DNA of 64,000 bases from Deltaproteobacteria bacterium (GTDB lineage: Bacteria > UBA10199 > SPLOWO2-01-44-7), in NCBI GenBank assembly GCA_023265595.1, contig JAHFSU010000003.1:6178-70177 (forward strand), written 5' to 3'. Shown in pieces: positions 56,079-64,000 of this stretch (position 1 is the stretch's first letter; each line of letters opens with the position of its first letter). The position numbers and the translations under genes were made by a program. Below the pieces are notes generated by a model. That model saw only the letters and a program-made list of their open reading frames with translations. It was not told the origin of the DNA and did no database searches.

Positions 56079-56980
56079 GCAGAGCGTTTATCCGCTTTAT
56101 ACAGGCTGATGTAGATGGGGCAAGCGATGGAGAAGGTGGAATAAGTACCGGTGACAACGCCGATCATGAACGCAAAAGCGAAATCTTTGATTGTGGCTCC
56201 GCCGAAAAGATATAGAACCAAAACAACCAGAAAAACAGTCAGTGACGTGATGACCGTTCTGGAGAGTGTTTCATTGATACTCTTGTTGACGATTTCATCG
56301 ATCGAATCGCGATCGATCAACTTGGCATGCTCCCGAATCCGGTCAAAAACAATGATCGTGTCGTTGATGGAATAGCCGACGATGGTCAGAATGGCCGCTA
56401 AAATGGTGAGATTGAATTCCAGTTGCAAAAGGGCAAAGGCCCCGAGGGCCAAGAGGACATCGTGAAAAAGGGCGATCAAGGCGCCGGGGGCAAAATGAAA
56501 ATCGAAACGAAAACCGATGTAAATCAGCATGCAGGCCAATGACACCAAAACGGCGAGCAGACCTTTTTTGCGGAGCTCTTCGCCCACTTTGGGGCCGACC
56601 GTCTCTTCCTGTTCTAATGTAACCGTTTGTCCTTCAAAAGATTTTTCAAAAGCCGGCGTCAGTTTTGACGACAAAGTCAAATTCTCCTGTGTCGGTTTGG
56701 CAAGCCGTATCACAAAGCGATTTTCCTTTGGTTCCCCATAACGGATGACGGAGGCCTCTTTCAAATCAAGGCCGGTCAATATTTTTCTAATTGTATCTTC
56801 CGTGGTCGGTTTGCCGAATTGATATTGGAGTTTGACGCCACCGGTAAAATCGGTGCCGTAATTCAAGCCTTTGGTGGCCAGCAGGACAATGCTGACAACT
56901 ATAATGAGGCCGGAAAGGGCCAAAAAGAGAAAACGGTTTTTGACAAAGGGGAAGTTGGGCGTCTGTTTAAAAAGTTTCAT
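56075..56980 (-). CDS. secF: Protein translocase subunit SecF.
   Basis: Six transmembrane helices plus a periplasmic loop. SecF motifs. Confidence 0.85.
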   Translation of the reverse strand: MKLFKQTPNFPFVKNRFLFLALSGLIIVVSIVLLATKGLNYGTDFTGGVKLQYQFGKPTTEDTIRKILTGLDLKEASVIRYGEPKENRFVIRLAKPTQENLTLSSKLTPAFEKSFEGQTVTLEQEETVGPKVGEELRKKGLLAVLVSLACMLIYIGFRFDFHFAPGALIALFHDVLLALGAFALLQLEFNLTILAAILTIVGYSINDTIIVFDRIREHAKLIDRDSIDEIVNKSINETLSRTVITSLTVFLVVLVLYLFGGATIKDFAFAFMIGVVTGTYSTFSIACPIYISLYKADKRSA

Positions 56981-56987
56981 AGAAATC

Positions 56988-58685
56988 CTATATGCTGATT
57001 TTTTGCACTTTACGCACGGTCAAAAAATAATCGTAAACAGTGCGAGTCATCATAACAGCGGTAAAAATGTTACAGACGAGGCCGATCATCAAGGTAACCG
57101 CAAAGCCGCGAATGGGGCCCGTTCCGTATTGATATAAAATGATGCCGGAAATAATCGTAGTCAAATTCGAATCGATGATGGCGCGCAGGGCATTCGAATA
57201 GCCGGCTCCGACGGCGGCCCTCGGTTGTTGTCCCGCGGCCAATTCCTCCCGGATTCTTTCAAATATAAGAATATTCGCATCGACCGCCATACCGATTGTC
57301 AATGCAATGCCGGCCATACCGGGGAGTGTGAGCGTTGCCTGAAACATGGCGAGCAGTGCAAAAAGAAAAAGGGTGTTTAAGATCACCGCGAAATCGGCCA
57401 AAAGTCCCGACCATTTATAATAGAGGACCATAAACAAAATGACGAGGATTGTGCCGACATAAATCGCCTTCAGGCTTCGGTTGATCGAATCTTCACCGAG
57501 GGTTGGGCCAATCACCGTTTTGGTTGCCTCTTTGAGGCGAGCCGGCAGAGCCCCTTCTTGCAAAACAAACGTCAAATCTTTGGCCTCTTTGAGCTGTGCG
57601 TCGCGATCGAGGTTGCCGCCCAGTTCAATTTTACATTGGCCGTTCAAAATCGGCTCGCGGATTTGCGGCGCCGAGGCGACATTCCCGTCGAGCATGATAG
57701 CCAACAATTCCTTGACATGGGCTTTCGTTAAATCTCCAAAATTTTTGGCGCCGATCGGGTTGAAGGCAAGGCTGACGTAAGGTTCCGAACTTTGCGGATC
57801 GATCTGTACCTGTGCGGTTTTGAGCATATCCCCGGTTACATAAGCAGTTTTGTCGAGTAGATAAGGTACCGCTTGTGTCACCTCTCCGTTTGACGGATCC
57901 CGTGTGATTTCAAAAGCGACTTCAGTTCCTTCGGGAAGTTTTGGTTTCAAGGCTTCATTCAATTTTTGGATATCTTCCGCAGAATAGCCGATGGTCAGAT
58001 TTTTTTGCTTTTTGGCCTCCGCAATCCAGTTGCCGAGTTCGGTTTTGTTGGCTTTGCCGTTAACCAGTTTGAACTCCAGTTTGCCGGCCTGCTGGATAAT
58101 TTTGATGGCCCTTTCCGGGTCTTTCACGCCGGGAAGTTCCACAACAATCCGGTTTTCCCCCATTTTCTGTACGGTCGGTTCGGCCAAACCGTAACGATCG
58201 ACACGGTTTCGAACCGCCTGCACGGCCTGAGAGACAATATCTTTGCGGATCTGTTTTTCATATTCCGGTGTCAAAAGAAATCGGATCGATGGCTTATTTC
58301 CCGGTGTGACGGGTCCTTTTGTGAGGGCCCCTTTGTAATTTTTTGCGGCGACTCCGACAGCGTTTTGCAAATCGGCCTCGTTATTAAAAGTAAACGTGAC
58401 AAAAAGGGCCTTGTCATCGCGGGTCCATTGGACCGGTTCGATATTGCGGCTTTTTAAATCTCTCACAAGGTCTTGGGCCAAAATGTCGAGTTTGGTGACG
58501 AGCCCCTCTTGAACCTGCACATCGAGCTCAATGTAGATACCGCCGCGGAGGTCGAGACCTAAATTGAGACCTTTTTCAGGCAAAAAACTGAGATGAGAAG
58601 GAAAAAAAGTGGGGATCAATGCATAAACCGCCAAAAGAATGACAGCCCCCATCCCCCAAAATTTCCCTTTCAGTCCGGAATCCAT
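56988..58685 (-). CDS. secD: Protein translocase subunit SecD.
   Basis: 565 aa with a large periplasmic domain and C-terminal 6 transmembrane helices with SecD motifs. Confidence 0.85.
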   Translation of the reverse strand: MDSGLKGKFWGMGAVILLAVYALIPTFFPSHLSFLPEKGLNLGLDLRGGIYIELDVQVQEGLVTKLDILAQDLVRDLKSRNIEPVQWTRDDKALFVTFTFNNEADLQNAVGVAAKNYKGALTKGPVTPGNKPSIRFLLTPEYEKQIRKDIVSQAVQAVRNRVDRYGLAEPTVQKMGENRIVVELPGVKDPERAIKIIQQAGKLEFKLVNGKANKTELGNWIAEAKKQKNLTIGYSAEDIQKLNEALKPKLPEGTEVAFEITRDPSNGEVTQAVPYLLDKTAYVTGDMLKTAQVQIDPQSSEPYVSLAFNPIGAKNFGDLTKAHVKELLAIMLDGNVASAPQIREPILNGQCKIELGGNLDRDAQLKEAKDLTFVLQEGALPARLKEATKTVIGPTLGEDSINRSLKAIYVGTILVILFMVLYYKWSGLLADFAVILNTLFLFALLAMFQATLTLPGMAGIALTIGMAVDANILIFERIREELAAGQQPRAAVGAGYSNALRAIIDSNLTTIISGIILYQYGTGPIRGFAVTLMIGLVCNIFTAVMMTRTVYDYFLTVRKVQKISI

Positions 58686-58688
58686 AAT

Positions 58689-60172
<1,484 letters not shown>

Positions 60173-61186
60173 TTATAAGAGCAGCATGCAATCGCCGTAA
60201 CTAAACAGCCGATAGCGCTCCGATATCGCCTCTTGATACGATTGCAAGAGAAATTCTCGCCCTGCAAAGGCCGCAACCATTAGGATCAGCGTGGAACCGG
60301 GCTGATGAAAGTTGGTCAGGATCCCATCCACCATTTTGAAGGGAGTACCCGGGTATATATAATGATAAGTGACCGGTTGGCTCCAATCGCTCTCGAGTGC
60401 GCGGACAACGGTTGTCCCGATTGCAATCACCCGGCCGCCGTTTTGTTTTGTCCGGGCGATTTTTTCTTTTGTTTCATCGGGGATGTGAAAACGTTCGCCG
60501 TGCATTTTGTGTTTTTGGATATCGGCTTCACGGATCGGCAAAAAAGTGTCGCGCGAGACATGCAGCGTGATTGTTGCTGTCTCAATCCCTTTGTTTTTGA
60601 TGGCTTCGAGCATTTTTTGGCTGAAGTGAAAGCTGGCGGTGGGAGCGGCGGCGGAACCTTTGTGGCGCGCAAAGATCGACTGATAGCGAACGCGGTCTTC
60701 TTTTGTGTAGTCGGCCGCTGATTTGCGCCGGATATAAGGAGGAAGCGGCGGCAGACCGATTTTTTCAATCTCTTCTTCAAAATTTTTGGATTCAAATTGA
60801 ATCCGCAAAACATCTTCTCTATTTTGGATGATGGTCCCTTTTAAATTTTCTGAAAAAATAAGTTGCAGCCCTTCGCCCAATTTTTTGAGCGGCTTGCCGA
60901 GACATTTCCATGTTTCGTCAGGGCCGCATTTTTCAAGAAGCAGAATCTCCATTTTTCCGGAAAGAAGGCGAGCCGGAAAAACTTTGGTATCATTGAAGAC
61001 CAAAAGGTCTCCTTTTTGCAAATAAGCCGGCAAATTTTTGACCCACTCATTGCATATGGTACCTGTTAACATATGCTCGTCTGTTGGGCGCTGGAGGACC
61101 ATCATCCGGCTTGAATCCCTTTTCGGCAGCGGGTGCTGGGCGATGAGCTCTTGCGGATAATCGTATTGGAAAAGGCTCAAATCCAT
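60173..61186 (-). CDS. queA: S-adenosylmethionine:tRNA ribosyltransferase-isomerase.
   Basis: QueA N-terminus (FxYxxPxELIAQxP) and C-terminal motifs. The ORF-track start at 61381 is rejected; the Met at 61186 matches family length. Confidence 0.85.
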   Translation of the reverse strand: MDLSLFQYDYPQELIAQHPLPKRDSSRMMVLQRPTDEHMLTGTICNEWVKNLPAYLQKGDLLVFNDTKVFPARLLSGKMEILLLEKCGPDETWKCLGKPLKKLGEGLQLIFSENLKGTIIQNREDVLRIQFESKNFEEEIEKIGLPPLPPYIRRKSAADYTKEDRVRYQSIFARHKGSAAAPTASFHFSQKMLEAIKNKGIETATITLHVSRDTFLPIREADIQKHKMHGERFHIPDETKEKIARTKQNGGRVIAIGTTVVRALESDWSQPVTYHYIYPGTPFKMVDGILTNFHQPGSTLILMVAAFAGREFLLQSYQEAISERYRLFSYGDCMLLL

Positions 61187-61224
61187 AAAAATGTTACACC
61201 TAGTGCCTGGCACTATATGATACG

Positions 61225-62361
61225 TCAATAGAGCTTTCGGAGGGTTGCTTTCGGATAATAAAATTTGAGGATTTCCTGATAGGTTTTGCCCGATTCGGCC
61301 ATTGTTTTGGCCCCCCATTGGCAAAGACCCACGCCATGGCCATATCCGGTGCCGGTGAAGACGATTTCGCGCGGTGACCAATCGATATCAAACCATGTGC
61401 TCTTTAACTCTTTGTATCCCAAAATCCGGCGTAAATCGGTGGCCCCGATGAAAAGTGTCGCCACATTGGTTTCGACAATCACCATTACGTTTCGGGGCCC
61501 CTCTTCATAGCGCTCCAACGAAATATTTTTAATCCGCGAACCTTCCAATCCGTGGCTTTTGAGCTGATTTAAAAAATCGCGCTGGCTAAGACGGAGCTGC
61601 CATTTGCGCTGTGGAGAATTTTCGCAAAAAGGATCGATTACCGAATAAGACGATTCTTTTTTCCCCCAAACCCGGCTTGCTAATTCGGTTTGTCCTCCGC
61701 AACAACTGTGAAAATAGGCGGGATACAATCCGTTTCTCCAGAGGACCTCTCCTTTTGTCGCCGCGACGATTTCTTGAACGATTCGGTCTTTGGGATCATC
61801 CATCATGCCGGCATAAACCTGATCGGCGATGTCGGATTCCAAATCGTAATCGGAAGAATTAAGAGATGCTTTTTGCTGTTGGCGCTTCAATGCATACGTT
61901 CGAGCGGCGACAGCCTGTGCTTTGAGCGCCTCCGGATGCCAAAGGGCTGATATTTCACCGTGGATGAGACCGATAAGATAGTCCTCCAACGGCAGTTCAT
62001 TTAAAACCAGTAATTTTCCGTTCGGTGTTTTTCGGATTTCAATTTTTCCATCCACTTTTTTTCCATCCACATCGATCAATTCTTTTTCGGCGCCGATTTG
62101 GATAAAAGGATAATCAAAATTTTCGCTATTGATGGCAAACCCGTCATCGGTGGCTGTGATATGCGCCGGGTCGTCGATATGATAACCGATCGGTCTTGGC
62201 TCCGGCGTTTTGACGTACAATTGATAACCTTGTACGGTCACTTGGGGGACCTCTTTAAAAAGGGCAACCCGAATTAGAGGCATCAATAAAAGAGGTAAAA
62301 ACAGGCTAAAGAGGCGATTTTGCATCATTTTCATTCCTAGCATAATTGTTTGATATGACAA
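61225..62361 (-). CDS. SpoIID/LytB-domain protein.
   Basis: HSCCGGQTE signature. Signal peptide. Confidence 0.75.
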   Translation of the reverse strand: MSYQTIMLGMKMMQNRLFSLFLPLLLMPLIRVALFKEVPQVTVQGYQLYVKTPEPRPIGYHIDDPAHITATDDGFAINSENFDYPFIQIGAEKELIDVDGKKVDGKIEIRKTPNGKLLVLNELPLEDYLIGLIHGEISALWHPEALKAQAVAARTYALKRQQQKASLNSSDYDLESDIADQVYAGMMDDPKDRIVQEIVAATKGEVLWRNGLYPAYFHSCCGGQTELASRVWGKKESSYSVIDPFCENSPQRKWQLRLSQRDFLNQLKSHGLEGSRIKNISLERYEEGPRNVMVIVETNVATLFIGATDLRRILGYKELKSTWFDIDWSPREIVFTGTGYGHGVGLCQWGAKTMAESGKTYQEILKFYYPKATLRKLY

Positions 62362-62379
62362 AGGTATTTTGGTTATAAT
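62350..62379 (+). promoter_or_regulatory. Sigma-70-like promoter TTGATA-N18-TATAAT upstream of motif copy e.
   Basis: Read directly. Confidence 0.4.
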
Positions 62380-62388
62380 TTAAAGACA

Positions 62389-62414
62389 CAACTTTTTGGA
62401 AAGGCTGCCGATAA
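62389..62414 (+). promoter_or_regulatory. Copy e of the CAAC-N14-GCCGATAA motif (acaCAACTTTTTGGAAAggctGCCGATAAagg).
   Basis: Read directly. It ends 9 nt before the ATG at 62424, which implies a leaderless or near-leaderless mRNA. Confidence 0.45.
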
Positions 62415-62423
62415 AGGGTTCAA

Positions 62424-63938
62424 ATGATTCGTATCTCAATTCCGATCAAAGTTTTGGTGGTAGCGGGCTTAAGCTATGTGGGGGCCCTCTTTTTTACAAG
62501 CTGGTTGACCCTTTTTTTTCATGTGGCGCCCGGTACGCCGGTTTTTGGGTTTCCGATCGAATATCTCTTCAATATTTTTCATCTTTTTTTTGTTGTTTTG
62601 ATGGCCGCCCTCGCGACGTATCTTTTGTTAGATCGGCCTTTAAATAAATTGACGCAGGCGATGACCAAAGCGGGTGAAGGAGATTTTTTGATCCGCGCCG
62701 AAATTGATAAAAAAGATGAACTGGGCCACTTGGCCGATAATTTCAACCAGATGCTGGCCCGCATTACCGATCTGTCGGCCAAGAAGATCGAGAGCGAACA
62801 TGACCTGACTGTGATGCAAGAAGAACTCAAGTTTAAAAAGGAGCTCGAAGAAAAAAACCGTCAGATTGAAAAAACAAATTTCAAATTGGAAAATCTGGTT
62901 AAAGATCTCTCGCTACTTTATGAAATCGGGCAGGGGGTCAATCAAACCATCGATTCGAGCCAGCTCTATGCCGTTATCACCGATGTGCTCAAAGGACATT
63001 TGACCCTTGAAAATTTTTCACTCATGGTTTGGGACGAAAAAGCGCAGGTCTTGCGGGTCAAGGCCTTTTTTGGATTTGAGTCCATTCCGCAAGTGTCGCA
63101 AATGGTGCTCAAAATGGGAGAAGGCATTGCAGGTGAAGTATTAAAAAACGGGAAAACCATTTGTGTTGGCGATTTGAAAGAGGATCCTAATTTTGTTTTC
63201 AAAGGTTTTCAACTGCGCGGTTCCCTTTTGTCAATCCCGCTGATTTATAAAAATGAGCGCTTGGGCGTGATCAATTTTGGGCGTCGGGGGACTTTTGCCT
63301 TCAGCCCTCACGATGTTAAAATGTTGACTCTTGTTGCCAATCAAGTGGCGTTGGCCATGGCCAACTCTCGGCTCTACACACAAACACGCGAACTCTCCGT
63401 GACGGATGAACTGACCGGTGTTTTCAATCGCCGCCAATTTGGACAGGTGCTCCACATGGAATGGAAACGGGCAATTCGTTTTCAGCGCGATCTTTCTTTA
63501 TTGATGTGCGACGTCGATCATTTCAAGAATTACAACGATACATATGGTCACCCGAAGGGAGATGAAATTTTGCGCGGTCTAGGGCAATTGCTCACCGCTA
63601 ATCTGCGCGAAGTTGACACCGTAGCCCGGTTTGGCGGCGAGGAGTTTGTGATTCTACTTCCGGACACCGATAAAAACGGTGCGTTGGCGGTTGCCGAAAA
63701 ATTGCGCCACTTGGTGCAAGAAAAAATGGGTGGTGTGACCATCAGCATTGGTATTGCCCATTTTCCGGAGGATGTCGCAGAAATGGATGATCTGATCGAT
63801 CATGCCGATATCGCGCTTTATGATGCGAAAGATGCCGGCCGCAACAAGGTCTTTACCTACAAAGGCTCCAAGCCAATGCCCTCTGTCACCGAAGAGGGGG
63901 CTCCCAAACCGCCGCCCAAACCGCGGATGGTGCATTAA
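62424..63938 (+). CDS. GAF-domain diguanylate cyclase (GGDEF).
   Basis: N-terminal transmembrane helices, a coiled-coil, a GAF domain, and a GGDEF domain with RxGGEEF active site. Confidence 0.85.
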   Translation: MIRISIPIKVLVVAGLSYVGALFFTSWLTLFFHVAPGTPVFGFPIEYLFNIFHLFFVVLMAALATYLLLDRPLNKLTQAMTKAGEGDFLIRAEIDKKDELGHLADNFNQMLARITDLSAKKIESEHDLTVMQEELKFKKELEEKNRQIEKTNFKLENLVKDLSLLYEIGQGVNQTIDSSQLYAVITDVLKGHLTLENFSLMVWDEKAQVLRVKAFFGFESIPQVSQMVLKMGEGIAGEVLKNGKTICVGDLKEDPNFVFKGFQLRGSLLSIPLIYKNERLGVINFGRRGTFAFSPHDVKMLTLVANQVALAMANSRLYTQTRELSVTDELTGVFNRRQFGQVLHMEWKRAIRFQRDLSLLMCDVDHFKNYNDTYGHPKGDEILRGLGQLLTANLREVDTVARFGGEEFVILLPDTDKNGALAVAEKLRHLVQEKMGGVTISIGIAHFPEDVAEMDDLIDHADIALYDAKDAGRNKVFTYKGSKPMPSVTEEGAPKPPPKPRMVH

Positions 63939-63946
63939 TTTCATCA

Positions 63947-63983
63947 ATGCAAATTTACAACTTATTGTAAAATTGCATTTTCA
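63947..63983 (+). terminator. Hairpin ATGCAAATTTACAA-ctta-TTGTAAAATTGCAT followed by TTT, a possible terminator after the GGDEF gene.
   Basis: Read directly. The AT-rich stem and short U-tract make this a weak candidate. Confidence 0.3.
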
Positions 63984-64000
63984 TGCAGGCCCCTTCAAAA

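Noticed and set aside
61187-61381. ORF-track 5' extension of queA.
   Set aside because: QueA family proteins begin at the MDLSxFxYxxP region. The extension would overlap the SpoIID/LytB gene.

Overview
The window is a 64-kb chromosomal segment of a Gram-negative-type bacterium with about 48% GC. It is dense in housekeeping genes, is fully syntenic, and has no obvious mobile element, CRISPR array or rRNA. Recognisable genes include a LacD-like tagatose-bisphosphate aldolase, a tonB-exbD-exbB set, murI, transketolase, a CtpA-type S41 peptidase, tdh, a lgt / lipoprotein / ileS / lspA / second-lgt block, a CPBP protease, an MMPL/RND exporter operon, rlmE, a carD-ispD-ispF-cysS block, a beta-oxidation set (thiolase plus a FadN-type bifunctional dehydrogenase/hydratase), coaX, ald, a DUF47/PiT phosphate pair, two tandem dNK-family kinases, dgt, queC, recJ, the queA-tgt-yajC-secD-secF operon, a SpoIID/LytB protein, a GAF-GGDEF cyclase and one tRNA-Phe. 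The most interesting content is regulatory and envelope-related. (1) A roughly 30-bp promoter-like motif, aGCAACTTTTTTGAAAnnnTGCCGATAAcagt (CAAC-N14-GCCGATAA, a sigma-28/FliA-class -10 element), occurs six times, always on the + strand. Each copy sits directly upstream of a gene (a GGDEF cyclase, a double-HTH regulator, a methyltransferase-like protein, a giant PHP-type lipoprotein, small hypotheticals) or in front of a short terminator-capped unit that looks like a small RNA, and several of the target mRNAs would be leaderless or near-leaderless. (2) Two textbook sigma-54 promoters (TGGCACG-N4-TTGCT) drive two large secreted lipoproteins, and each has palindromic upstream-activator-like repeats. 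(3) A phased TACCWGGTA palindrome with 25-bp spacing occurs upstream of two of the large lipoprotein genes. (4) A roughly 10-kb cell-envelope cluster encodes a PHP-domain lipoprotein, an HExxH/TolB-propeller/beta-barrel outer-membrane protein, a lytic transglycosylase and a Gly-rich PKD lipoprotein. (5) A 120-bp nested perfect-palindrome element lies upstream of dgt. (6) A 23-bp exact inverted repeat, CATATGTTAACAGGTACCATATG, links the queA coding sequence to a divergent start-codon pair 8.8 kb away. (7) A 35-bp motif is shared by the murI and ispF upstream regions. All calls rest on reading the sequence and recalled family signatures; no database searches were run.
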